From contig NC_067399.1 of NCBI RefSeq assembly GCF_016432865.1, forward strand, positions 578,274,001-578,338,000: a stretch of DNA of 64,000 nt, read 5' to 3'. Source of the DNA: Antechinus flavipes. Taxonomy: Eukaryota. Below, piece by piece: positions 25,457-47,000 of this stretch (positions within the stretch are counted from its first letter, which is position 1; each line of letters opens with the position of its first letter). Both the position numbers and the translations under genes were made by a program. The notes beneath the pieces are model-generated. The model was not told the origin of the DNA, searched no databases, and saw nothing but the letters and a program-made list of their open reading frames with translations.

Positions 25457-27299
25457 TAGTTGTTACCACAAAAAATCTTGCTAAAAATGTTTGGGTATGT
25501 ATAAAGCCTTTTTAAAAAATGGTGGTGACTTCACTGGCATATATTGCCCAGAAGTGGAAACTCTGGGTTTGATGGTTTGGACATGTTGGTCACTTTATTT
25601 GAATAATTCCAAATTATTTCTCAGAATAATCACTTCAGTTCACAGCTTCATGTCTTTGCCAGTGATGAATGCATTTGTTGCTTTACTTTCCACAATCCTT
25701 CCAACTTTGACTATTCTCTTCTTTTGTTATTTTTGTCAGTTTGTTGGGCATGAAGTCTCAAGCTCAGATTTCTCTTAACACGAATGACGTGGAACATCTT
25801 TTCATGTGCTTGTTCATAGTTTGCTATAGTTCTTTTGGGAACTGTTTTTTAAATTATTGTTATTAGTGAGCTATTGTGAATGTCTTCGGTTGTCTGTATA
25901 TATCTTGTTCATGAAAATCTTATTGAAGATAAATTTTTTTTCAATTTTGCAAAATCAGAATTAGCTCTTTTGTCTTTTGTAATTGACAATCTTTTTTGAT
26001 TGGGAATCCATCCTAAATCCATAGCTATAAGAAGCATATGTTTTGTTTTGTTTTTTTCTAATAGCATGTAATATTGGCTAAATAGTTCATAATCATTTGA
26101 TTGGATTCTCACAATAGCCATGAAGAAGAAATTTCCTGATCAGAAAAAAGTAAATTGCAGAAATAGATGTTAAGCCCAGTTCTTCTGACATCAAGGCAAC
26201 TGCTGTTTTCCCTGTCCCCTGTAGCTTTTTATTTGGTTTTTCTTCTTTCTAAAGAGTAGTAGTAAAGATCACCTAACACCAAACATGCCTATATTATAAA
26301 TGACTCTAGGGTTCTAATGAGGCCATGTTGAAGGGCTGTAGCAAGGTCATGGCAAATGTTTCAAGTCAGTCAAAAATAATTTTTTATACATGTGGGGTAT
26401 AAAGGTCAACAGGCCAGACTTTATAAGGAATGTTAATTGGATAGGGATTATAGGATGCAGAAATTTGGGTAGCAGAGGAGAAGAAAAATACAGAAAGTGC
26501 TTCAGGGATGATTACTCAGGAATCAGAAAAATATGCCCAAATCTCAATCTTATAAGGAATATCCATCATTTTCTGGACTTCTTTTCCTTGAAAAGGCAAA
26601 AGCTTAGATAACAAAGCTGATAAGAAAAAAAAGAAAGAAAAGAACCCTTAGAAACTAATTAGCTCATAGGTTTTCAAAGTCCCTATATACAAGACTCTGA
26701 ACTGGAGCATCACCTCCTTGTCCTTTCATTTGCTTTCCAGAAGAGATCTAGACATAACGCAAAACTAGCTAGGTGGATTTTTCTCAGTCAATGGAAATAG
26801 AATTTCTAATATGCAAACCTACAATGGACCTCACCATGGCAATCAGTGCTTCCCAAACCCAAGACAAGATCAGCTGTCTGTGAACATGGCTGAAAACAGT
26901 GCAGGGATTTAACAGCGTGGAGTAAATTGGAAATCCAAGAGTGTAGTATTCATGCCCATAGGACAAAATAATTAGAGAACCATTAGAGAGAGCCTGAATC
27001 TGTGGGAAAGAGGGCAAGTGCAGCCAAGCTCATAGCTGACACATATAGAAGCAAGCAGCTGTTTTACTCACTTTAGACTCCAAACTCCTGAAGAAGAGTG
27101 ACTCCTCTTAACTGTATGCACAGTTAGAAGAAAAAGCACCCCCCTTCCCATGAAGTTTTGTAAGTCATAGTACATTTATATAATATAGGCCCTTGGGCCT
27201 CTGATCCTGGGCTTGTAAAATTAGCAAAATGACCTTTTTATGATCCCTCCAAGCTCTAAAATTGAAGACTCTACGATACATAGATGGCTAGGAGACTTT

Positions 27300-27365
27300 A
27301 TAATAATTCAAATCAAACAGTAAGCATTTATTAAGCAAAGAATAGCTCTGGCATACAAAGGTTAA
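27300..27365 (-). mobile_element. L2 3'-end fragment carrying AATAAA on the HYI strand
   Basis: aaacagtaagcatttattaagc...ctctggcatacaaag resembles the reverse complement of the L2 tail. TTTATT at 27327-27332. Confidence 0.55.
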
Positions 27366-27469
27366 ATTTAAACAGTTTCGGAGGAGTTTCCATTTTATCA
27401 GAAGAGATACACATGTTTTGTGGGCTGGTGTCTTAGGAACGGGCAGATGGAGGATGGAGGGGCCACTTC

Positions 27470-28330
27470 TTAAGTTGGGATATCTGCTGGGCTCTCAGCG
27501 TTTCCCGGGGCCAGCCCCCGGCTCTCCCAATAGGCCCGCAGCCAGCCCAACCCTTCATTAGTGTCTCCGCGCGGCCGGTACTCGCAGCCCACGTAGCCTG
27601 TGTAGCCTAGCTCCTCCAATAGCTGAAACAAATAGGGGAAGTTGAGCTCCCCGGGGCTGTCGGGCTCGCCCCGGTCGGGGACCTGGGCCACCTGCACGTG
27701 CCCAATCAGAGGCAAGAAGGCACGGATTTTGGCAGTCAGGTTCCCTCCCATGATCTGCCAGTGGAATATGTCCAGCTGCAGCCGCAGATTGGGCCGATCC
27801 ACCAGGCGCAGGATAGAGGCAGCCTGCTCCGGCGTGTCCAGGTAGTAGCGCGGGTCCGTGAGCCGGCTGTTGATGGGTTCCACGAGCCCCACGAGGTTCT
27901 CGCGGGCCAGCACGTCGGCGGCGTGCCGCAGGTTCTCCACGAACACGGCCTCCATGTCCCGGGCCACGGCGGAGCGCTCAGCACCCTGCGGGACGCGACC
28001 TGCCATCAGATGCACCTGGGGGCAGCCGAGCTCCCGTGCGTACGAGACCGCCAGCTCCAGCCCCTCTCGGAAGGCGTCCTGGCGCCCGGGCACGGCACCC
28101 AGCCCCAGCTCCCCGAGATCCGTAGCCCCTGGCGGTGTGTTGAGCAACACTAGCCGCAGCCCCGTTGTCCTCAAGGCAACCGCCAACTGCGCCGCGGGCT
28201 CCTCGTATGGCCAAGCAACCTCGGCCACCCTGAAGCCAGCCCGGGCTGCGGCCTCGAGGCGCGCGCTCAGCGCCGAGCCCTGCTCCGAGAACAACCACGA
28301 CAGGTTGGCTGCGAAGCGCAGAGGAGCCAT
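27470..28330 (-). CDS. HYI: Putative hydroxypyruvate isomerase, intronless (retrogene), 286 aa
   Basis: Uninterrupted ORF from ATG 28330 (strong Kozak gtcATGg): MAPLRFAANLSWLF...VEPINSRLTDPRYYLDTP...QLDIFHWQIMGGNL...GHVQVAQVPDRGEP...VGCEYRP. It carries the xylose-isomerase-like TIM-barrel E/D/Q/E motifs and is collinear with vertebrate HYI. The ORF-track start at 28405 is a GTG. Confidence 0.93.
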   Translation of the reverse strand: MAPLRFAANLSWLFSEQGSALSARLEAAARAGFRVAEVAWPYEEPAAQLAVALRTTGLRLVLLNTPPGATDLGELGLGAVPGRQDAFREGLELAVSYARELGCPQVHLMAGRVPQGAERSAVARDMEAVFVENLRHAADVLARENLVGLVEPINSRLTDPRYYLDTPEQAASILRLVDRPNLRLQLDIFHWQIMGGNLTAKIRAFLPLIGHVQVAQVPDRGEPDSPGELNFPYLFQLLEELGYTGYVGCEYRPRGDTNEGLGWLRAYWESRGLAPGNAESPADIPT

Positions 28331-28460
28331 GACTGCAGCTCGCTCCGGCAGCTCCCCGCCAAAGTCCTTGCTCGTCCAGGGTGCGCTCCGCCTTTTCCGT
28401 CTCACCTCGTGCCCTCTGGACCCCTCTCTAGCGCCCTTTGCCCGAGAACTAGGGGGAAGG
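27500..28460. promoter_or_regulatory. CpG island covering the HYI ORF and its 5' flank
   Basis: CpG-dense, GC-rich block with sharp edges in otherwise AT-rich DNA. Confidence 0.8.
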
Positions 28461-30399
28461 GTGTGGAGGGGCTGGTACCTGGAAAGATCTAGGGTTCATG
28501 GATTTAGGGTAGGAAGGAACTTCAGAGGCATCTAGTCCGGGCCCTCTATTTTTTTTTTTTTTTAAACAGTTGAGGAAACTGAAGAATAGAAAGTTGAAAT
28601 GACTTTTCTAGGTCACATACAAGGAATCAGGACGTTTAAACTTAAGAGTCACAGGTTTTGAGGAGTCACAATAACAGATTTAGGATCACATAAGTGATTT
28701 GGAATTTGAAAATGACTTTTCTGAGCAGTCATTTGACCAGATCTGTAAATAATAAGAGCTGAGATGAAGAGAACATTTTAAAGTTTGCAGAGCCCTTCAA
28801 TTACCCCACAAGAAATAGGCCAGCTTTTGCCCTCTCTTCTAAGAGAGAATTTAAGTGCTGTAAAAATTAAGCATATATAAAATATATACATATATATATA
28901 AAATATAAAAAACTATATATAAAAAATATAAGTATATTTAAAAATGTAAAAATTAAGTATACATAAAATAAATATATAAAATATATATCTATATAAAATA
29001 GCTTCGAATATAAGGTAATTGGGGGGGAAATGATAAGAGAGTGGGGAGAATCCGAAAGGGTCTCAACTAAAAGGTGGCATTTGAACTAAGGGGCATGTGT
29101 AAAGCTGCATGTGAAGAAATGCAAGAAGGCCACCGATTTTGGCTGTATTAAAAAGTGTGTGAAGGGAGTAATGTATGATAAGGTTAGAGAAGTATCTAGG
29201 AGCCAGTTTGTGAAGGATTTTACATATCAAATAGAGAAGTTTAATTGTAAAGGTAAAAATAAGTTTCTAAGTTTGAATATAGAGGTAAAAAGGAATTACT
29301 TGATTTCAGACCATTTCCAACTGGGTGCTCCCATCTTAGGACATCTTGAACTCAGTATGTTCATATTATAGGTCATTATTGTTCAGCTCAAACCTAGACC
29401 TTAACCTTCCTTATTTATGTGAAGGATATAATGATCTATTTATGTGACATAAATATCCTATGAAGGACATATTTATGTGAAAGATATAATGTCCATGTCT
29501 GCAAGCTTAGGGTCACCCTTAATTTCATAGTCACTTTACATATCCGTTCAGTTGCTAAATGTTGTAATTTTTACTTTCATATCTCTTCGCTCAATGATCC
29601 TTTCCTTAATACACAAACATCATTCTAGTTCAGGCCTGTATCCTTAAACTATTGAAAGTCTCCTAACTAGTCTCACTGCTTCTCTCTCTCCCTTTCCCCT
29701 GCCCTCCACTCCAAGTTGTCCTTTACACAGCTTCCAAAGTGATCATTTTCCTTAGCCATTAACCATGATAACTCTTCTATTCAATAAACTCCAGTTAATT
29801 AAATCCAGTTTATAATCATAAACATTAATAAGGATGTGCCGGGGTTCCTTAAAAGATTAGGAAATGCTAATTCATAAGAAGACTTTTCCCCATCCCATTT
29901 GACTCGTAACTGAAGTCTTAGGCGGTGTCTCATTCATTAAAATTTAAGCTACTTGATAGTAAGGATTATCTTCTTTTTCCATCTGTATCTTCCAAGTCAG
30001 TGATTTGGATATGATAAACACCTAATAAATGTTTTCATTCAGTTATTCCTCCATATGAGGGTATTCTAGGGTCTTCCCTGCTAAGGCTACTTCCAGCTGC
30101 TCTGTAAATGTACTTGTATGTGCCGTGGCTGCCCCCATTAAGTAAGCAGCAGTACTTATGCCTATCTCCATCCCTTATCACAGCGCCTGACACAAGGTTG
30201 TTGGAATCCTTACAAACTCGCACAAGGTAACCGTTTAATATACGAAAGTTGACTGACTGAAGTTCGGAGGAGGAGTAGGTTTGATGGGGAAAGGAGTTTC
30301 TTTTCAGATGCTCGCAGAACAACGAAGTAGAAATGTCCTGGGGACAGCTGGTGAAGCTAGTACGTTACCTCATTAGGTTTCATTTTATACATGAGGAAG

Positions 30400-31000
30400 C
30401 TGGGCTAGCGGCTCAGAAAAGCTTGGTGGGCTGTCAGAGACACAGCTACTAAATAGGGGAGACGGGACTTTAAGCTGATTTCGGGTGCGGCGCCTCGGAT
30501 ACCGCGCTTCGGGGCCCAGCCCACCTTCGCAGAGAACGGCGGCCGCAAAGGCTCAGCTGACAAGAGAATCTCTTCCGAGTCCTTTTTTCTATGGCACCGC
30601 CCTAAAGCTCGGGATTGGGTGGGTTTGAGGGGAGGGGAAAATACAGGGCCGAGGGAAGCCAGAACTACGGAAGCAAACTCGGACTGGTGGGCCAAGCCAC
30701 CGCCCCGGAAGTTTTTAGAGGCGGCGGAAGTCTCGAGCCTTCTCCGCTCGAAGTTTCTGAGAAAGCGGAAGTTGCGATGTTTTCCTGCGAAGCTTGGAGC
30801 TTACCCGGGGGAGGGAGGAAAGAATAGTGCCCGCTTTGCTCTCCAGTTTTCTCGACTGCCCCCTTCCCCGGGGCCCCTTTTCGCCACTCGGACTTCTCTT
30901 GTTCCTCGCTTCCCGCTTGCTCTCCCTTCTCTCGCGGTGGTCAAAGTGAAGACTCCTCTGAAATAGAAATCTAGTCTTGGGAAACCACCTGAAATTCATG
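30400..31000. promoter_or_regulatory. Orphan CpG island with three ETS/GABP-type CGGAAGT sites
   Basis: CCGGAAGT 30705-30712, GCGGAAGT 30724-30731 and GCGGAAGT 30765-30772 in CpG-rich sequence. No coding exon is recognisable in it. Confidence 0.8.
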
Positions 31001-34000
31001 AAATTTCAGTAACCCCACCAGATCTAGAATAAAACGCCTATTAAAAGAAAATTGTGTTTATTTATTTTTGCAACATGGCAAATATATCAATAGGTTTAGC
31101 ATAGTTTCAGGTGTATATAATGGGCTTATTTGCATCTCAATGATGAGAATTTGGAATATTTAAAAAATAAATGTTAAAAGTCTTTAAAATTTAATGTTAA
31201 GAAACGAAAATAAAACCTTGACAAACTCTGCTTTCGGTCTTGCCAGATTTCTTTCTTTGACATTCCTCTACGCTCCAGTTAAACGGGCAAGAACCCCTAC
31301 CTCTGTGGCCCGGGCACAAGCCGTGCTCCAACCTACAACTCCCCCCGTACTCTCTCATGGAATATCCTGCTTACTCCAAGCTTTGGTGCTGCCTCCCAGA
31401 GAAAGCCAAGCTATTTCAGATTCACTTATCTGTGTCCCTGGTGTTTTCCTGCAGTAGAAGGCAAAGCCCCTTGTGATTCTTGTGTTCCTAATCTCCAGGG
31501 TTTGTCAGTTCCTCCAATTTAGCACATTCGTTGGTGAGCAGCCTATCTAAACTTCCTTGAAATTCTCTTCAGTTTTCCCTCTTGGGTTTAAATTAACAGT
31601 GCTATTACTAATTTGAAAACTACTTTAAAAATCACTATCATTATCAAATAATGAATTCTTATCCCAAATAAGACCACACCAGCTGATACTGAGCTGACCT
31701 TGCTCTTGGCTTCTATGCATTTATGCACCACATTTAACACAGAAAGATAGACATCCTTAACTAAAAACTTAGGTTATATTTATCAGAAACAAAGATTGGT
31801 GCATATTTTTTTCCCTCCACAATTATACATCTCAAGCAACTCATATATTTTATCTGAAAACTAGCTTCTTCCTGACCAGTTGTTTCCATATTCCTTTGGT
31901 TGAATACATTAGGGGAAGTGGAGACACCTTTTTCTAAATTCAAGGACTTGTACCAGTTCACTCTTTCCCTTACAATTTGGAAAGTTCCCTAATCTTTCCT
32001 TCAATTAGAAATCAGCTTACTTAACTTTATATCCTCATTGTTCTCTTTTAGTCTTATTTGATAAATTGGTTTTTAATGCACAGACATGTCTCTCTCTCTC
32101 TCTCTATTTTTAATACTACTTCAACCTACTATTTTTGACCAAGAGATGCTCTGTACTAAAATATGGTGCTTTTTTTTTTTATTATGTTAAATTTTTTAAA
32201 GAACATCTCAGTCTCTAGTGGGTTTTGAGGAAGATTTCAAACACAAAATTATCCATAGTAGAGGCTGTTTTAGCTATGGACAGTACTATGCATATAAACT
32301 TAACATGAAGTACCTTCCCCAAGGATATAATTTACACATTGTATTTCTAATAGTAAAAAGCATTGTCACTTTGTTTTAATACTTAATGTACACATATATA
32401 TGGAATATTATTGTTCTGTAAGAAATGACGATCAGGATGAATGATAGTCCCCAACAGAACTATGAGATTGGTGAAACTATTCAGGAACCTCAGGCAAAAA
32501 GCAAGGGTCAACCATTAAAACAAATAGGTTGATTCCCAAATGTAAAGTCCCTGTTACCAGTTTTTTATGGGGAGACCTCATTTAGCCTTTCTTATTTTAA
32601 AGGGAGCCAGAATTCTGATATTAAGAAGCACCAAGGTAATTCTGAAAATGTGAAATATTTACCTCACCAGGATAGAACAATGTTGGAAAGTTATGGTTGA
32701 AGCATTATTAGAGCTATATGATGATTGATCAGTTGTTACACTTAGAAAAATTTCACTTAGTTTCTGACCCTTCTTTGAATCCTGGGTATGTAGGGACACC
32801 AACTCAACAAAACTGTTTCCCGTCTAAACCTTTTTATCCTGGCTTAGTGCATACCCTTCCAGGAAAGAATCAAGAGAATTAAGAATAAAATATGAAGCTA
32901 TCCCTATCCCAAAACTGTATAGATTGAGAACTGTATAACACTTAACTAAATTATTCTGCCCAGACCAATTATTTAATTTCCCAGGCACTCTAAGTTTCCC
33001 ATAAATAGGGATACTTGGTATCTACCTTGCTAAAATGGAACCCATCACACTATTTCTGCAGATTACAAATCTTTCAGATTTATCACTGCTTCATCTTCAG
33101 TTAGGTGGTAAGCATACGATTTCTTTTTTTTTTTCTTTACAGGGTAAGTACATCTTATTTTTTTTAATAGCTTTTTATTTTCCAAAATACATAGCATATG
33201 ACTTCTTTGAAGGATGTAATTTTTCACAGATAATTTTTCCTTTCGTTTTTCCTAGTTAATTTTAGTCAGCAGCCCCAGATTGTTTCTTTGAGAATGTGGT
33301 TTGTTTTCTCATGTCACCATCACAAAGGCCATTTAATATAATTACAAGATAGATAAGAATGTTAATGACCTTCATGGAATTTCTCAGATCACATAGGACT
33401 ATTGCTTCTACAATAGTAGAAAAGTTGGAAAACATACACATTTTCTGGGATCCCCAGTGCCCCCTTCCTCCCCACCCTGATTTTCCACATTCCAGGTAAA
33501 GAGAGACATTTTAAGATTACTAAAAGCCAGAATAAAAAAAAAGTAAACATTTGTCCAAATATGCCTAACGGCCTAAAAGAAACTGATAACTGAGAATACA
33601 AATATTCACAGATATCTTAAGTTAGTGAAATGAAGCATAATATACTAAGAGAAGAATGGTAGGAGACATACCAATTTATTTTTTGTTGTTCAGTTCTATC
33701 AAACTCATTTCATGATCCCTTTGGAATTTGGGGGGGGGGGGTTAAATGACTTGCCTAGGGGCACAGAGCTAGTGTCTGAGTCTGGATTTGAACTCAGGAT
33801 TTCTGGACTCCAGATCAGGTATCCTATCCAATGTGCCGCCTATGCTCTGAGAGATGTGGACAAACATTTCATGGAGATGATTATCTTTTATGGTTGATTA
33901 AAGCAGCACTAGAATAGAGAAATGAACCATGAAGAAAATAGAATTCTGTCTTATTAAAAGAAAAGGAAATTGTTGATAATTCTGAAGGCTCCTAATCTTT

Positions 34001-34242
34001 AGGATTCAAAGAGGCAGGTATGGAAACACCTTCAACCTTATAATTTTTCATCTTTCTAGAAGTGATACCTGACCTTGAAAGCATTGAGCCCATCTGGATT
34101 CTTTTCATCTTGATGTTTTGTGGGACTAGAAATGAGGCACAGACAGCAAATTGTGGGATTTGATGAGGGAGCAAAAGGAGTATGTTCAGTCTGTCTTCAA
34201 TTCAGGGATCTTAGAGGCTAGTCCTAAAACTAAATCAATTCT

Positions 34243-34403
34243 ATTTTTTTTTTTTTTTTGCTTTTTGCTGAGGCAAATGGGGTTAAGTGACTTGCTCAGG
34301 ATCATACAGCTAGGAAGTGTTAAAATGTCTGAGGTCAAATTTGAACTCAGGCCCTCCTGATTTCAGGGCTTATGCTCTATCCACTGCGCCATCTAGCTGC
34401 TCC
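34243..34403 (-). mobile_element. WSINE1-like SINE with 16-bp TSD
   Basis: TSD aaactaa(a/g)tcaattct at 34227-34242 and 34404-34419, with poly-T tail and A/B boxes on -. Confidence 0.92.
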
Positions 34404-35219
34404 AAACTAAGTCAATTCTTAAAGACACTATTTTTTAGTTATTGTTCAGGATACATTCTCAAGACTCTTTACCACATCTCAAGAAACCATCTGTTTTGTC
34501 TCTTCTAAATAACCCAGTTACATTTTCTTATACACAATACCTAATTTCAGATCAAAGACTGTAATTCTTTAACACTATGGAAGCATAGATGTAATTTGAA
34601 ACAATTATTTTTGTATTTCTTCCATCCCCTATCAAGAGTGCATAGTGTAGTCCTATGTATGTAGTAGGCATTTAATATCATGGCTATGAAATTGAATTAA
34701 ATATAGTACCATCACTCATAATCATACCTCATTAAATAAAGATAAACCAAGCTGGCAAATGTTGGTTGTGCTGGTTTAGAGACTAATCTTTGCTTCCATC
34801 CTTCCCTGGAAGAAAGTCTAAGAAATGTAGTCTTTCTTCTTTCATGTCCTCAAATGATGCTGTGCAGTGATGACTGCCCACTTGCTGTGGGTTGACATCC
34901 CTTCTCTGCAGCCAGGTTATAAGACTATACTTGTCACTACTCTGATGGTGATAATGCTAGGGAGTGTATTCAAGGACAGGACTGCCCTCTTCCTATTTCT
35001 GAAGTGTGGGAGCTAAGGCACAGGAACCATTCAGCAATACATCCAGAAGAGAATCTGAAGGATATTTTCTCAGACAAGTGTGCATTTTAATAAAACAAAC
35101 ATCATTTCAGTTGGGTAATGAACTTCAACTATTATAGTCTTTTTCAAATGTGGTATAGAATTAAATATAATAGAAACTTTTCTTTTGGGGTTAATTACCT
35201 GGTATTTGAAACTCGAACC

Positions 35220-35225
35220 TTTATT
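35220..35225 (-). terminator. Candidate polyadenylation signal of the SCAN/Myb zinc finger gene
   Basis: TTTATT on + (AATAAA on -) ~21 nt after the stop at 35247-35249. A longer UTR cannot be excluded. Confidence 0.4.
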
Positions 35226-35246
35226 GACCATAACATTTGGTGCTAG

Positions 35247-44839
<9,593 letters not shown>

Positions 44840-45549
44840 TGTCCAGTTAAAGAAGAGGTTTTGTTCTTATGGTGGGATCTCTTCCTTTTTTTTCCTGGCA
44901 AGCTAACTCTTGTGTCTGGTTAGAGACCAGTGAGTGGAACTCTTCCAGAGGGCTCTAGATATAGAGAAAAACAACAATAACATCAACAGATGTTACCTGA
45001 GGGATATTAATCCATCCATCCCAGTAACATAAAATATCTCCTTGTTTATTCCTTTCCCAGGATTCTTCAACAGAGAAAGATCAATCCCTATCTATCCTTC
45101 CATTAGGATATCAAGTTATGTATGTCCCCAGAACTACAAATTAGGACCCAGAACAATGTTGAGAGGACATACAAGACAGGACCATGGCTAGCAACATCTG
45201 AGCTGGGGCATGCGATTTTAGGAAAGGGTAAGATGGTTGTTTTCCCCATTATTCTCCATACCCTGTTCTCCTTAGACCCCGAGTTTTCTGACCGAGCCAA
45301 TGAATCATAGATTTTTAGTGTTGGAAGGAGCTTTTGGAAAGAGTACAATCCCCTCCTTTTATAGGTAAGAAAAATTTGTCAAGAAGTCAAGTGATTTAAG
45401 ATCCTACAAATAAATTAATGGCACAAAAAGAGCTCTAGGTTTAAACTTGAATTAGGTGATTCAAACTCGAGAATTCTAACAGAAACGTTCCCTGAGTTAA
45501 CATGTGCCATTTCACTTCCAGTGAAAGTTCTTGGGTGTACACTTGGGAC

Positions 45550-47000
45550 CACTTCTTTCTGAGCATCAATCAACTCTGGTGAAGCGGGCAACACAAGCAA
45601 AACACTCCGGGGACTATGGCCATGCCTCGGCCACAGCACAAACTACGGGGAAAAGAAAGAAAAGGGGGAGGGGACCTCTCGGGGCCCGGGAAGTAAGATT
45701 GAGAAGGGATGCTGTCCCTGAGAACCCTTCCCCACCAGGGCCGGCGAGTCTCGAAGCCCGGCGGGCGGAGAAGCCCACCTCCCATCCCCTCCCTTCGCAG
45801 GCCTGAGGGCCTCGGGCAGCGTCCAGCCCTCATAGACCCGGCCCCTTTCCCATGCTGCTGCCGGAGCCCCGCACTGCACAGGAAGGTCTGCTCACTCCCG
45901 AGGGATCGCCAGCTCTTCGGGGAGTCCGCGTTCCCCGCGGCCTCCTAGTCTACCCCTCAATCGCCTCAGTTTAAGGGTCCGAGCCGACAAGCAGACACAA
46001 CCACAGCCATACAGGAAGCGGAAATGCGAACCCTTCCACCAGGGACCCAAGTTGAGTCAAAACAACTACGTTTCCCAAAAGCCTCCTCGCGCTCTCCTCG
46101 CCCCGCAAGATCAGCCAATGGAAAAAGGGTAACTTAGGGCGCGACTTCTCACGGACCTATCATCGGCGGAGAAGAGTGGGCACTTCTTACTTCAAGGTTC
46201 CCAGTGTTTGGAGGCCGTTTCGTGGACTGGGCCGTTAAGAGTCGTCCGCCACCCCGCGGGCGCGCAAAAGCCTAAAGCGACGACTCCGGGGCGGGGCCTC
46301 GTAGGGGGCGAGGTCGACCCGACTCGGTCCGTCCCCCCTTCTGAGTCTGGGGTTGAGAGCTGCGGGCCTAGAGAGCGAGAGCCCCGCCCAGTAACGACTT
46401 CATTCATTCGTTAGTTAAGACTGGCTGCGGCATGGCGCCGGCGACTAGCGAGGACTGCCGGCCCGGTTCCGGCCCGGGCCCGGGCCCCAGCCCCAGCCCC
46501 AGCCCTGGCCCGAGATGTGAATGCCTGCTGTGCCCAGAGACAGCCGGCTACCGAGGAAACGCCCCCGATCTAGAAACCGGACCGCTGCATTGGAACGTCG
46601 GCTTCGCCACGAACTCGCGGTGTGATCACGGGCAAGTCGCTCCACTTCTCTGGCCTCCGTTTCCTCGTCTGTAAAATGTTGGGGTTGGACTAAATGACCC
46701 CTGAGGTGACTTAAATCCTAGGATCCAGGTTGAATGGCTGAGGGGAAGCTGCCGCTCCGGGCAAAGTCCTGCCCCCGCAGTGCGTTTTTGACCGAGAGAG
46801 AGGAAAAGGGGGATTGAGGATGGATAGCAGAAAGTGACAGGTTGGCCCTGTGCGAAGAGCACAAGGCCGGGATTCAGGACACCTGAACTCTCATCCTGAC
46901 TGCCATTAACTTGTGCTCATCTTGAGCAAGCAGATCTTCACCTTTCTGAGCCTCAGTTTCCGCATCCATGCTGAGGGCTCGCAGAGCCCTGCCTCTGCCT
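45550..47000. promoter_or_regulatory. CpG island / probably bidirectional promoter of the SCAN/Myb zinc finger gene
   Basis: CpG-rich. ACTACGTTTCCCA (ACTAYRNNNCCCR, ZNF143/THAP11-type) at 46065-46077, CCAAT at 46115-46119, and GGAAGCGGAAAT ETS-like sites at ~46013-46024. Candidate non-coding first exon on - of ~46030-45896 (donor GGA|GTGAGC), with an acceptor at 44954 for the SCAN exon. Confidence 0.85.

Noticed and set aside
27470-28330. Horizontal transfer of a bacterial hyi gene as the explanation for the intronless ORF
   Set aside because: The protein is collinear with vertebrate HYI, including eukaryote-type segments (RVPQGAERSAVARDMEAVF). Retroposition is simpler.
28331-28405. 25-aa N-terminal extension of HYI in the ORF track
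   Set aside because: It starts at GTG. Homology begins at the MAPLRF ATG (28330), which has strong Kozak context.
27642-28535. Several long overlapping ORFs (up to 225 aa) on both strands over HYI
   Set aside because: Shadow ORFs of a GC-rich coding sequence, with no recognisable domains.
30405-30999. ORFs of 70-115 aa in the orphan CpG island
   Set aside because: No homology recognised, and expected by chance in GC-rich DNA.
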